A stretch of DNA of 34,411 nt from contig JASGMZ010000004.1 in the NCBI GenBank assembly GCA_030156305.1, positions 1 through 34,411 of the forward strand. The letters run 5' to 3'. Below, piece after piece: positions 8,519-18,856 of the stretch; positions within the stretch are counted from its first letter, which is position 1; each line of letters opens with the position of its first letter. Source of the DNA: Bacteroidales bacterium. Lineage in GTDB: Bacteria; Bacteroidota; Bacteroidia; Bacteroidales; UBA12077. The notes under the pieces are model-generated. The model worked only from the letters and a program-made list of their open reading frames with translations. It did no database searches and had not been told where the DNA came from. The position numbers were made by a program, and so were the translations under genes.

Positions 8519-10273
8519 CTAATTTATTTGTTTTTGGGCATAATCCAATCCGGTTTGAATAAATTCCTTGGTAATCTGTCCGGTTGGATCTTCAGTTTCA
8601 TAAATTCGTTCAGGAATAGTTAGTTTGTCGAAGTTAAATCCTTCGCGAATTTTAAATTGATATTTATTAAGATGTATTTGTCGTCCAATTTCGTGCAATT
8701 GATTCTCATCCAGGTTAAAACCTAACAGTTTTAATCCCTGGCTTACTAATTTTAGATTATAAATTCCACGTGCAAAGAAACATACGGCAATACTCGAGAG
8801 GATTTGTCGAATTGCTTCTTCATCTAATAATTTATCTACAACCTTTTCGGGCGCTAAAGTATTATCGAGTAATTCTTTTTGATCTATCGAATAACCAGCA
8901 TTATCTAAGTGGCTATGTCTGGCTCCCAATAAAAAGCCTAAATATCCTGCAGGGCCTGTATGATACCCCGGCATTTCATTTTTTCCAAATTGCATAGCAA
9001 ATTCTTTTCCACCATATTTATTGGCTGCAAAGTCTACTCCTTTTGCACAAGCTTTAAGAAATGCTGTTTTTGGATGGGTAATTTTATCCACTAATTTGAT
9101 GTATGCATCTGCGTCGCCCCATTTAATTTGCAATTCTTCAATATCAGCTCCAGAGATTTTATTGCGTTCAAGCATTTCAGTAATCCATGCAAGGATAACA
9201 CCCATGCTCATAGCATCAACTCCAACTTCTTCTACCTTATCAATTAATTTAAGCATTTGCGTTGGATCATAAATTCCAACCATTGTCCCTAATGAATAAA
9301 TTAATTCAAAGTCGTAACCTACAGGAGTTGTTTTAAAAAAATAGGGGTCATCTTCATAAGGTTCACGCAAGTAGGCTAAATGAATACAAGCAACAGGGCA
9401 GTGTGCACAAGCCACTCTTCTGGCAAGATGATTTTTTGCCATTTCTTCACCTGTTAAGGGTTCTATAGATTCACTGGTACTTTTTTGCAGGTTTTTAATG
9501 GGTAAAGCTTTGAGTGTATTTAATGTTTTAATATTAACAGGCGTTCCAATATCGTGATATTTTTTCATTACCGGTGAGTCCGTAGCAATGTTGTAAATAT
9601 CATTGTATAATTTTCTATATTCTTTTTTATTGGTTACCTCAATCATCCGTTTACCTGAAACAATAAGCCCCTTTAATTTTTTACTTCCAAAAACAGCTCC
9701 TAAGCCTAATCTGCCAAAATGACGATAGGTTTCCGTAATAACATTAGAATAGGTTACAAGATTTTCTCCTGCCTGGCCAATACGGAATATGGCCCGGAGT
9801 CCTTCGCCTTTTTCGTTCTGTCTGATAACACGCGCTGGAATAGATCCATCTTTCATTCCCCATAAGGTTTCCGCATTTTTGAAAAATACTTTTCCATCAT
9901 GTATCGAAAGATAAACAGGTATTTCACTGGCTCCTTTGATAACAATAGCACCATAACCAGCCATACGGATAGCAATAGCGCTTCTTCCTCCTGCATGACT
10001 TTCGCCAAGATCACCGGTGTGAGGGGATTTAAACATAGCACAGGTTTTTGATGCTAAAGGAAATACACCGGTTAAAGGGCCTACTGCAAATATTATTGGA
10101 CTTTCCGGAGAGAATGGGTCAATTCCTTCAGGACATTCTTCCATTAATAGCTGAGTAGCTACACCTGTACCTCCCAAATATTTTTCAAAAAGTTCTTTTC
10201 GGCCTTTGACCCAAAATTTCTTTTTTGTCAGATCTATATATAATACTCTTGATAAAGTGTCATTTTCATTCAT
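8519..10273 (-). CDS. aor: Aldehyde:ferredoxin oxidoreductase family (W/Mo-bis-pterin)
   Basis: YLGGTG, KSPHTG, ESHAGG, GRLGLGAVFGSKKLK, CAHCPVAC, D..G.D-like motif; likely start ATG 10273 overlapping ferredoxin stop (ORF track extends to 10291). Confidence 0.88.
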   Translation of the reverse strand: MNENDTLSRVLYIDLTKKKFWVKGRKELFEKYLGGTGVATQLLMEECPEGIDPFSPESPIIFAVGPLTGVFPLASKTCAMFKSPHTGDLGESHAGGRSAIAIRMAGYGAIVIKGASEIPVYLSIHDGKVFFKNAETLWGMKDGSIPARVIRQNEKGEGLRAIFRIGQAGENLVTYSNVITETYRHFGRLGLGAVFGSKKLKGLIVSGKRMIEVTNKKEYRKLYNDIYNIATDSPVMKKYHDIGTPVNIKTLNTLKALPIKNLQKSTSESIEPLTGEEMAKNHLARRVACAHCPVACIHLAYLREPYEDDPYFFKTTPVGYDFELIYSLGTMVGIYDPTQMLKLIDKVEEVGVDAMSMGVILAWITEMLERNKISGADIEELQIKWGDADAYIKLVDKITHPKTAFLKACAKGVDFAANKYGGKEFAMQFGKNEMPGYHTGPAGYLGFLLGARHSHLDNAGYSIDQKELLDNTLAPEKVVDKLLDEEAIRQILSSIAVCFFARGIYNLKLVSQGLKLLGFNLDENQLHEIGRQIHLNKYQFKIREGFNFDKLTIPERIYETEDPTGQITKEFIQTGLDYAQKQIN

Positions 10274-10682
10274 AGCTAACTTCCTTTTCATCTTTGATTA
10301 ATTCTAAAACATCGTATGGGCAATATTCTGCACAAATTCCACATTGTACACAAATTACAGGTTTATTTTGCTCTTCATTCCAAAATACAGCATCAATAAT
10401 GCAAGCTTCTTTACAGAATCCACATCCGATACATTTGGAAGCTTTTAAACGTACTCCGCCATTTTTTTGAGGCACTAATGCCCCGGTAGGGCAAACATTG
10501 GCACAAGGAGGATTTTTGCATGAACGACAAACAATGACGGTATACCCTCTGGATATTCCTCCAGTGGATCGAACACCAATACAGGTGTTTGATAATCCGG
10601 CGTTACCGCTACGCCTCGAACATGCAAACATACAACTCTGACAGCCAACACATCGCATTGCATCTTTTACGGATAGTTTCAT
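10266..10682 (-). CDS. 4Fe-4S dicluster ferredoxin subunit (DmsB/AorA-like)
   Basis: 138 aa with four Cys clusters: CVGCQSC..C, CRSC..C..CP, CIGCGFC..C, CVQCGIC..CP. Confidence 0.9.
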   Translation of the reverse strand: MKLSVKDAMRCVGCQSCMFACSRRSGNAGLSNTCIGVRSTGGISRGYTVIVCRSCKNPPCANVCPTGALVPQKNGGVRLKASKCIGCGFCKEACIIDAVFWNEEQNKPVICVQCGICAEYCPYDVLELIKDEKEVSYE

Positions 10683-11023
10683 AACTTTATCATTTTATTT
10701 TTAATAGATATGCTAAATAATAAATTTATTTCTAATAAATACTAAAAAAAATCAAGGATTTAACAAGATAATAAAATGCTGATTCAGTTTTTTTTTATCT
10801 GATTTTCTGTTTTTATTTATTTAAAACGTTTGCGAAATATTTTTGAAAAGTTATTTTTATAAATGCCATAAGTTGTATTTTAAATATAATTGTTTTAAAA
10901 ATCAAGTAATTTATCGATTTATTTAGGATATCTATGAACTTTTATTATTCATAATTAAAAGTTTTAACTTGATAATTTTAATATATATACCATATTTCTT
11001 ACTTTTATCTAAAATGAAAAATC

Positions 11024-11704
11024 ATGCAACTCAACCTGATTGAAAAATTTATAATAATAGCCCTGAATGCTAAAAAAGGAAAATTTGTAATTGATAGTTT
11101 ATCCCTACATTACGGTATTGCCGGAGCCATATTGCTGGAACTATCGGAAATGAATAAAATTGAAATCGAAAAAAAACGATTAATACTTATAGATGATAAA
11201 TTTACTAATGATGAAGTTATTAATGCGTCCTTAAAAATTATAAAAAAATCAACAAAAAAACGAACGGCTAAATATTGGGTAAATAAAATTGGGAATAGTG
11301 CTTCAAGGTATAAGAAGCAGATATTAAAAGATTTGTCTGAGAAAAATGTATTAAATATTCATCAAAAATCGTATTTTTTTGGCCTTTTTAACTTTTATTC
11401 TTACCCCCTTATTGATCGTAAATATAAAGATGAAATAGTTGATCATCTTCTCGAAATTGTTCTTGATAATAAAAAAACAGATTTAGAAAGTTTGTTATTG
11501 CTGAGCTTATTAAATAGCAGTAAATTAAGCCGTACCCTTTTTGCCAATAAAAAAGATTATAGAGTAGCTAATAAACGCATTAAAGAACTTACCAAGGATA
11601 TTGTAATTAGCGATGCTGTTCAAAAAACATTAAAAGAAATACAAACGGCAGTTTTGGTTGCCACAACGTCGGCTTTTTTAGCCGCTACATCGTCTTCAAC
11701 ATAG
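11024..11704 (+). CDS. GPP34 (GOLPH3/Vps74-like) family protein
   Basis: 226 aa; LNLIEKFIIIAL..YGIAGAILLEL, W before L..L.EK, FFGLF..YP, Ala/Thr-rich C-terminus. Confidence 0.7.
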   Translation: MQLNLIEKFIIIALNAKKGKFVIDSLSLHYGIAGAILLELSEMNKIEIEKKRLILIDDKFTNDEVINASLKIIKKSTKKRTAKYWVNKIGNSASRYKKQILKDLSEKNVLNIHQKSYFFGLFNFYSYPLIDRKYKDEIVDHLLEIVLDNKKTDLESLLLLSLLNSSKLSRTLFANKKDYRVANKRIKELTKDIVISDAVQKTLKEIQTAVLVATTSAFLAATSSST

Positions 11705-12872
11705 CTCTGTTTTTTAAATAGATTACTAAGGTTAATGCTGCCACTATAAAAAAGATTATTCCTGATAACAATAATGCGGCTTGTAAACTGAAAGTATCGG
11801 TATACCATCCAACGAATGGGCCAATTATGGCAAAGAATATTCGGATGACGAAGTTTCTTACCGATAATACGGTAGCCCGTATATTTGAATCGCATAATTT
11901 GTTGATATAGTCTTTTAATACTGGTGTAGCTACTCCACGAACAAAGTAAAAAATAAATAAAATACCTATGCCCCATAGTGCTTGAATTCTGCTAATAGCA
12001 ATATATCCTGCAGGGATTAATATCGTAATCCATAGCAACGTTTTGGTTTGTTTTAATTTGAATTCAATTTTATGTGCAAATATTGCACTAACTCCAACAA
12101 TGAGGTTTAACATAGTCCAGAATATTCCGAAGAGTGTTACGGGCAGGGCAATCATTTCAAAATAAGGTTGAACAAACCAGGCCATGGTTAAGGTAGCAGC
12201 TCCTATGACTGAAGAATAAATGATATTCCACTTTAGCTCTTTATGATCGTAAAGTGCATATTTAACAATTTTTAGAATATCATTTATTTTGAGCTTAATA
12301 ACTTCTCTTTGTTTTTTGGGTTCTATAAGAAGTATAGCTGCCGGTACACCTATGAATGATACGAGAGTTTGTGCATAATAGGGGTATCGTAAACTAACTC
12401 CTGCCAATAACCCACCCAAGACTCCGGCAATGGCTTCGGCAAAGTTTCCAATAGAAACCATTCGGCCTTCAAATTTAATATATTGCTCCTTTTTCCCAGA
12501 CTCCTGGAGGGTATCGTAAAGCATAGCCGAATCGGCTCCGGAAATTAAACTTTGTCCGATGCCTAATATAATTTCTGCAACTAAAAACCCTGCAAAACCA
12601 TAAGAAAAACTGTAAGTTAAAAATCCAAAAAAACCCATTATGGTTCCAATAACTAGCGTTGATTTTCGGCCTAATGCATCAGCAAAATAGCCTGAAGGGA
12701 TTTCTAAAATAACAATTGTCACGGAGTAAATGGCTTGTAACAGAAAAACATGCCGCATGGCCAATCCATTATCTTCATAAAAAAGAACAACAATGGGCAT
12801 AAATAGCATAAACCATTTGGCAATTTTAATTATATATAATTTTAAAATATTGCTATTTAGACTATGCTGCAT
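11685..12872 (-). CDS. MFS transporter
   Basis: 395 aa, ~12 hydrophobic segments; EIPSGYFADALGRK motif A, SGADSAMLYD, RATVLS. Confidence 0.9.
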   Translation of the reverse strand: MQHSLNSNILKLYIIKIAKWFMLFMPIVVLFYEDNGLAMRHVFLLQAIYSVTIVILEIPSGYFADALGRKSTLVIGTIMGFFGFLTYSFSYGFAGFLVAEIILGIGQSLISGADSAMLYDTLQESGKKEQYIKFEGRMVSIGNFAEAIAGVLGGLLAGVSLRYPYYAQTLVSFIGVPAAILLIEPKKQREVIKLKINDILKIVKYALYDHKELKWNIIYSSVIGAATLTMAWFVQPYFEMIALPVTLFGIFWTMLNLIVGVSAIFAHKIEFKLKQTKTLLWITILIPAGYIAISRIQALWGIGILFIFYFVRGVATPVLKDYINKLCDSNIRATVLSVRNFVIRIFFAIIGPFVGWYTDTFSLQAALLLSGIIFFIVAALTLVIYLKNRAMLKTM

Positions 12873-13060
12873 GAGGATGTATTTTTAAAAATACAAAAAT
12901 AACGGCATATTATTGATTTTAAAATTTATTACATGTTTTATTTGCTATATGCTTGCGGTTTTATTATGTCGAATTTTATAAAATCAATAACGATAAAATA
13001 TTTAACAATATGGTATTTATGTTAACTTTGTTACAGAGTTGATAAATACTTTAATGTAAA

Positions 13061-13567
13061 ATGGGAAACAATCTATTTGATAAGCCTAAAATTATTGAAG
13101 GACGTGCCTGGCTCATTTATAAAGATCATATTGATACAAGAAAGATTTTTCCGAATAAATATCTTTCCAAAAATGATTTTAATGAGTTGGGAAAGTATAC
13201 TTTTAAAGGATTTAAAAATTATGAAAATTTAGCACAACAATCAGTTCCCGGAGATATTTTAATTACCGGAAAAAAATTTGGGTGTGGAGCTTTTCATCAG
13301 CAAGCAATTGATTGTTTTATATCTATGGGTATTCAGGCAATACTTGCAGAGTCTTTTTGTGAAACCTACCAAAAAGAAGCAATAAATATAGGTTATCCTG
13401 TACTTACCTATGAAAATTTAGATAATATTAATTTGGAACGATGGGATAGAATACGTGTAAATTTTGTGAAAGGGCTTATTACTAATTTAAGAAATAATAG
13501 ATCAACCCAAATAAATTCTTTTTCAGAAAAGCAAATGAAGATATATTTAAAGCAAGCAGATATTTAA
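13061..13567 (+). CDS. LeuD/aconitase swivel-domain protein with degenerate catalytic motif
   Basis: 168 aa; IEGRAW..DHIDT..IFP..YL, GDILITGKKFGCG, AILAESF, AINIGYP; GSSRE replaced by GAFHQ; TAACTTTG promoter-like motif at 13023-13030. Confidence 0.7.
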   Translation: MGNNLFDKPKIIEGRAWLIYKDHIDTRKIFPNKYLSKNDFNELGKYTFKGFKNYENLAQQSVPGDILITGKKFGCGAFHQQAIDCFISMGIQAILAESFCETYQKEAINIGYPVLTYENLDNINLERWDRIRVNFVKGLITNLRNNRSTQINSFSEKQMKIYLKQADI

Positions 13568-13599
13568 AATAATTTTTTTGAAAGTTTTTACAAATTAAA

Positions 13600-13624
13600 A
13601 AAGCCACATTTTTAAAGTGGCTTT
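13600..13624. terminator. Hairpin terminator between leuD-like gene and tRNA
   Basis: aaagccac-atttttaaa-gtggcttt with an A-run on its left side. Confidence 0.6.
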
Positions 13625-13626
13625 CG

Positions 13627-13700
13627 TGATCCCGGCAGGATTCGAACCTGCGACCCACAGCTTAGAAGGCTGTTGCTCTATCCAACTGAGCTACGAGACC
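13627..13700 (-). tRNA. tRNA-Arg (anticodon TCT)
   Basis: Minus strand GGTCTCGTAGCTCAGTTGGATAGAGCAACAGCCTTCTAAGCTGTGGGTCGCAGGTTCGAATCCTGCCGGGATCA; 7-bp acceptor stem, loop CTTCTAA, TTCGAAT T-loop; CCA not encoded; TATTTTTG promoter motif at 13744-13751. Confidence 0.96.
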
Positions 13701-13961
13701 ATGCAAATATTTAAGGACTTTTCTTGTTATTCGAAAAGCGTTGCAAAAATATAAAAATATCTTTAACCTCAAAAATAAAAAGTCTATAAATTGTATATTA
13801 CACTGGATGAAGAGTTTAAGATTATTATCAGTACTCATGGATTTTTTTTTTTTGAATATCTAACTATCTATTATTTCAATTCAGGGTATAAAGTTGAAAA
13901 AATCAATAAATTTTGATAACTTGTTACAATTAAATTAATTGTTAATTACAAATTTTTTATT

Positions 13962-14657
13962 ATGGCTAATATATTACTTAAATATCTGGAAGAAAGACAT
14001 AAAAAAGCTACTCAGAAAGTTGAAGAACCTAAAAAGGTTGGTCCGGTAATTACTATTTCAAGATCTTTTGGTTGTTCTGCAAACTTATGTGCTACTGAGC
14101 TTGCAAATATTTTAACCCAAATGGAAGGGAATCCTAATAATCCCTGGAAAGTAATTAGCAAAGAAATTCTTGAGGAGTCGGCTAAAGAGCTGGGCATCGA
14201 TTCAGAAAAAATTGAATATATTTTTCAGTTTGAAAGACGGAGTGCAATAGATGAAATTTTAGAAGCTTTATCGAGCAAATACTACAAAAGTGAACGAAAA
14301 ATAAAAAATACTATTAGAGAAGTGATTCATTCATTTGGCGAACAGGGACGTGTAATTATTGTTGGGAGGGCAGGATCTAGTATTTTATATGATATTAAAA
14401 ATGCATTACATGTTAGATTAATTGCTCCTTTAGATTATCGAATTGAAGGCGTAAGCCAAAGGCATAAAATTTCACATAAAGAAGCCAAAAAGCTTACCAT
14501 TGATATGGATAAAAAAAGAGCCATGTTAAGAAAAGATTTTGCAGGGAAAAGAACTTCTGATTTAGATTATGATTTGATATTTAATTGTAAAACAGTTAGT
14601 TCTGAAGAAATTGTACAACTGATTGTTAAAGCTGCAGAAATGCGGAAAATGGTTTAA
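13962..14657 (+). CDS. Cytidylate kinase-like family protein
   Basis: 231 aa; VITISRSFGC degenerate P-loop, VIIVGR, LHVRLIAP..R, D..R, YDL.FN. Confidence 0.85.
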   Translation: MANILLKYLEERHKKATQKVEEPKKVGPVITISRSFGCSANLCATELANILTQMEGNPNNPWKVISKEILEESAKELGIDSEKIEYIFQFERRSAIDEILEALSSKYYKSERKIKNTIREVIHSFGEQGRVIIVGRAGSSILYDIKNALHVRLIAPLDYRIEGVSQRHKISHKEAKKLTIDMDKKRAMLRKDFAGKRTSDLDYDLIFNCKTVSSEEIVQLIVKAAEMRKMV

Positions 14658-14705
14658 TTTTTTCAGCTATAAAAGTAAGAGAAATAATATAATTCAAGAA
14701 TTTAT

Positions 14706-14742
14706 AAAAAAGAAAGCCACCGCGAGGTGGCTTTCTTTTTTT
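14706..14742. terminator. Bidirectional rho-independent terminator
   Basis: aaaaagaaagccacc-gcga-ggtggctttcttttt between convergent genes. Confidence 0.88.
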
Positions 14743-14755
14743 GGTAATTATTCGA

Positions 14756-17700
14756 TTACTGTTTTATTATTTGTTTCGTAAGGGGTTCTTTTTCATCTTC
14801 TACAGAGATGATGTATGAACCGGCAGGTAAGTCAGAAATATCAACTTCTTTCTCATTGCCATTGATTTCTTCCACTTTAACAAGCGATCCAATCATGTTG
14901 TAAATACTTATCGTTCCTACTCTTGATCCATTTTCTACTTCAACGGTAATATAATCGATCGCAGGATTAGGATAAACATTAACATCGGTTGGCATTTCGT
15001 TACCTAAGTTTTTAGCATTCGCATTAAAAGAAGCTAATGCATATGAACCGGTAGTAGTAACATTAATCGTATAATCCTCAACCTCGCCATAACTAAATGT
15101 TTCACAAGCCGTAGCTGCTGCATTATACTTCATGGTTACGCGCATTCGGGTAGTTCCCAATTGTGCATCAGAAGGCACGGTAAAAGTGGCTGATAGTGTG
15201 CCGGAACTACTTGATGAACCATAAACCATTCGTTCATCTGTATCAAAGGTACCACTGTGGTCCCAGTCAATCCATACATGCCAGTATTCAGTGTAACTGC
15301 TACTAGCAAATCCACAGCTGAAATATATGGTTTGTGATGATCCTGCGGTAACATTTGCGGTCATATTTGTAAAGTCTGCATAACCACCATTACTAACTGT
15401 TGAGTTGTCGATTTCATTTAATTGTACCAGATCAATCCATTCGTAATTAACATTGTTTCCTTTTGAGCTGCAATAAGTTAACTGTTCATCACTGGTTGTA
15501 ACATTTAATGTACTACTGGCAGCCGAAACATTTCCGGCAGCATCTTTGGCTTTTACATAGTAACTGTAAGTTGTTGCTGCGCTTAATCCGGTTACATTGT
15601 ATGATGTTCCGCTGGTTGATGCACGATAAGCACCATTCTGGTAAATATCATATTCTGTTACACCAACATTGTCACTAGAAGCATTCCAGCTTAAAGTAAA
15701 TGAATTATTGGTAATGCTTGAAGAGGCTAATCCTGTTGGAGCAGTTGGTGCCTCAGTATCAGGTATTGCTTCTTCGAAGCTTACGGTATAATCTTCTACT
15801 TCGCCATAGCTGAAGGTTTCACAAGCAGTCTGCTCTCCATTGTATTTCATCGAAACACGCATGCGGGTTGTTCCGCTGGCTGTTGAACGAACATTAATGG
15901 TTCCACTCACGGTTGTTTTACTTAGTGAACCGGCATCGAAGGCTAACTCATCACTGGCAAATTCTTTATCATTGTTATAGTCGATCCAGATTTTCCAGTA
16001 CTCGTTATATGTAGAACCGCTATATTCGGGAACTAATGAAACATTAACAGATGATCCTGCCTCAAGAGTGATAACCTCACTGGTAAAGTCGGTATATCCT
16101 GAAGCTCCTGATGTGTTGCTGTAATTTCCGATAGATACTTTACCGATCCACTCATAGCTGTAATTATTTCCTTTTGATTCGCAATATTCACCACCACTTT
16201 GTTCGCTTGTAGTAACCGATATCGTGTTACTTGCAGCTGAAACATTTCCGGCAGCATCTTTGGCTTTTACATAGAAAGAGTAAGTTGTAGCAGCCGTTAA
16301 TCCAGTTACATTATAGCTTGTATTGGCAGTAGAAGCCATTACCGAGCCATTTCTATAGATATCATAACCAGTAACACCTACATTATCAGTAGAAGCATTC
16401 CAGCTTAAATCAACAGTTGTTTCAGTAACATTCGATGATGTTAAGTTTGATGGAGCTGTGGGAGCTTCGGTGTCAGATGTTGATTGGCTTATGTTAATAT
16501 GATAATCTTCTACTTCACCATAATCAAAAGTTTCACATGCATCTTGAGCTCCGTTATATTTCATAGAAACACGCATCCTGCGAATGCCATTTACATTAGT
16601 TGGGATGGTAATAGTGCCTGATACAGCACTGGAACTTAATGCTCCTGCATCATAAGCTAACTCGTCTGAAGTAAATGTAGTGTCATTATTATAATCGATC
16701 CATATTTTCCAGTATTCGTTATATGTTGAACTGGCAAACCCGGGAGTTAGGGTAAGGTTATATGATTCACCTGCATTAACTTCTATTACAGAACTTGTGA
16801 AATCAGAATATCCTGCAGCAGATGAGGTTTTTGAAAAGTTTCCAAGCTGAACTTCAGCAATCCATTCATAGCTATAATCATTTCCTTTGGAAGTACAGTA
16901 TGAAGATGGGTCAGGTGTTGTTCCGCCTCCGTTGTATGCATCTCCAACACCAATTGCATACATGGCATTAGTAACAGAGATTTCCTCTTGAGAACCTTCT
17001 CCGTATAAATCCTGAGCTGCTTGAATTGCATAGGTTCTGGCGTCAGCATAATCAGAACCTGAGGTCATGTATACACTTTCGATGCGATAAGCAATTTTTT
17101 CAGCTTTTTCAACACCAATTCCGGTTACTTCATACGAGTCATTATTATCATTCGTTCCACTGCCTCCAACAGAGATTAAATAAAACCAATAGCAGAAAGG
17201 CCCGTTATTGGTATGAACTCCATAATTATCTGACGAACCTGTGGCCCAGTTTTCACCTAAATAGGTGTCGGGCAGGTTCCTGGATTTAGGATCACTAATA
17301 GAGCGAAGTACATATCCAATATCTTCGCCCATTAGCCATGTATCTTTTTCCGGAGCATAATGATATTCAACAGCACAACCCCATATGTCGCTAAAAGCTT
17401 CATTTAATGCACCGGATTCACTTGAATAGGTTAAGTCAGAGGTATAAGTACAAACAGCATGGCCAAATTCGTGAGCAAAAACATCCAGAGATGTTAAAAT
17501 ATCAAAGGTTGATGCACCATCACCAAAGGTAAAAACAGAACCATTCCAAAAGGCATTTTCGTATTGATAATCATAGTGCACATAGGTTTTAATTAAAGCC
17601 CCATTTCCATCAAAACTGTTTCTTCCGTGAATATTTTGAAAATAATCATAGGTTACCATTCCTGCCCAATGGGCGTCTAGAGCTCCATTATCTTTGGCAG

Positions 17701-18538
17701 AATTGTTATACTCTGCTGACGACCAGGTATTGTCGTTGTCGGTAAAATCAACAGCACTAGAATAGTTGGTAGATGTATTACAGTCATAAGTAATAATACC
17801 ATCACCTCTGCTGTAATCGCGTAACCGATACGAGCCGTTATAACTATCTGTAGATAAAGTTTTGGTTCCACTATACCTGGTATCAGCATTGCCTGTTGCA
17901 CTTGCATTTTTTATTCTTGCATTGACATGTACAATTTCTCCGGTATGTGCATCCACGTAAACCCAGTCTCTTCTTAATGGTTTTAGCGCATATACATCTA
18001 CTTTATAGGCTAATACCATTTCATGTTTTGCTTTTGGGTGTTTCCCGTAATCATTGGCAACAATAACCAGTTCCGGTTCGTTCGAATCCTTTTCATTGTT
18101 TTCCATGTATTTTTGGGCATCTACAAATGACTTAGCCAATGTAATGGCTTCGTTAGCTGAAATTGAAGGTGTAGTATTGATATTCTTAATAACTTTGTAC
18201 TCACCACTTAATGATTCTATGATATCATTTTGGCTATGTACAATGTAAACACCGTTTTCTACTTTGATTCCTTTATAATACTGTTGGAATCTTTCATGAG
18301 TAAAGCCTATCGGATCTTTTTCTGAGCGAAAAGATTTAAACTCATCATTTTTTGTCGCATTTAATAAATTTGACAAAACGTTTTTAGCTTCTGATTTAGA
18401 AATGGCTTTTGCTTTTGTATCAAATTCTACAAAAGTTGGATTCCCATTTCTATCCAGAATTTGTTTTTCTATTTGTTGTGCAAAAGATGTTGCACTTAGA
18501 AAAACGACAATAAAGAAAAGAGTAAAAAAATTTTTCAT
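14756..18538 (-). CDS. Secreted M4 (thermolysin-like) metallopeptidase with 3 GEVED and 2 FN3 domains and T9SS C-terminal domain
   Basis: 1260 aa; signal peptide, FTP/PepSY propeptide, NAFW, HEFGH, GALNEAFSD, GVHTN; three GEVEDY ends; two DTEAPTAP..WNAS.DNVGV FN3 units; VYPNP..KQIIKQ tail. Confidence 0.93.
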   Translation of the reverse strand: MKNFFTLFFIVVFLSATSFAQQIEKQILDRNGNPTFVEFDTKAKAISKSEAKNVLSNLLNATKNDEFKSFRSEKDPIGFTHERFQQYYKGIKVENGVYIVHSQNDIIESLSGEYKVIKNINTTPSISANEAITLAKSFVDAQKYMENNEKDSNEPELVIVANDYGKHPKAKHEMVLAYKVDVYALKPLRRDWVYVDAHTGEIVHVNARIKNASATGNADTRYSGTKTLSTDSYNGSYRLRDYSRGDGIITYDCNTSTNYSSAVDFTDNDNTWSSAEYNNSAKDNGALDAHWAGMVTYDYFQNIHGRNSFDGNGALIKTYVHYDYQYENAFWNGSVFTFGDGASTFDILTSLDVFAHEFGHAVCTYTSDLTYSSESGALNEAFSDIWGCAVEYHYAPEKDTWLMGEDIGYVLRSISDPKSRNLPDTYLGENWATGSSDNYGVHTNNGPFCYWFYLISVGGSGTNDNNDSYEVTGIGVEKAEKIAYRIESVYMTSGSDYADARTYAIQAAQDLYGEGSQEEISVTNAMYAIGVGDAYNGGGTTPDPSSYCTSKGNDYSYEWIAEVQLGNFSKTSSAAGYSDFTSSVIEVNAGESYNLTLTPGFASSTYNEYWKIWIDYNNDTTFTSDELAYDAGALSSSAVSGTITIPTNVNGIRRMRVSMKYNGAQDACETFDYGEVEDYHINISQSTSDTEAPTAPSNLTSSNVTETTVDLSWNASTDNVGVTGYDIYRNGSVMASTANTSYNVTGLTAATTYSFYVKAKDAAGNVSAASNTISVTTSEQSGGEYCESKGNNYSYEWIGKVSIGNYSNTSGASGYTDFTSEVITLEAGSSVNVSLVPEYSGSTYNEYWKIWIDYNNDKEFASDELAFDAGSLSKTTVSGTINVRSTASGTTRMRVSMKYNGEQTACETFSYGEVEDYTVSFEEAIPDTEAPTAPTGLASSSITNNSFTLSWNASSDNVGVTEYDIYQNGAYRASTSGTSYNVTGLSAATTYSYYVKAKDAAGNVSAASSTLNVTTSDEQLTYCSSKGNNVNYEWIDLVQLNEIDNSTVSNGGYADFTNMTANVTAGSSQTIYFSCGFASSSYTEYWHVWIDWDHSGTFDTDERMVYGSSSSSGTLSATFTVPSDAQLGTTRMRVTMKYNAAATACETFSYGEVEDYTINVTTTGSYALASFNANAKNLGNEMPTDVNVYPNPAIDYITVEVENGSRVGTISIYNMIGSLVKVEEINGNEKEVDISDLPAGSYIISVEDEKEPLTKQIIKQ

Positions 18539-18856
18539 AATAAATTGTAAGTTTAGGTTAAAAAATAGTTAAATTTTAGTAATTTCGGGTCGAAATATAT
18601 AATATTTTTGAAAAGTATAAAGAGGATATCGACAGACAGCAATTTGCTACCCATAAAAGATTAGTTTCAACAGAATTTATATAGATATTAACAATACTTA
18701 TGTATTTTAAATAAATTTATTATAACTACTTGAAATATAGTCTCTTAATTTTAAAAGACGTATTTTGTTATTTGAATTGTTTTTACCAGGATTAAACGAT
18801 GTATTTGAAAGATCATCTAAATTAAAAATCAAACTAAAAATTAAACTTTAAGCTTT

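Noticed and set aside
11685-11704. 20-bp convergent overlap of GPP34 and MFS genes
   Set aside because: Short tail-to-tail overlaps are common; no sign of function
13567-13760. tRNA-Arg as an integration site
   Set aside because: No integrase and no duplicated tRNA 3' end found; a simple hairpin follows the tRNA
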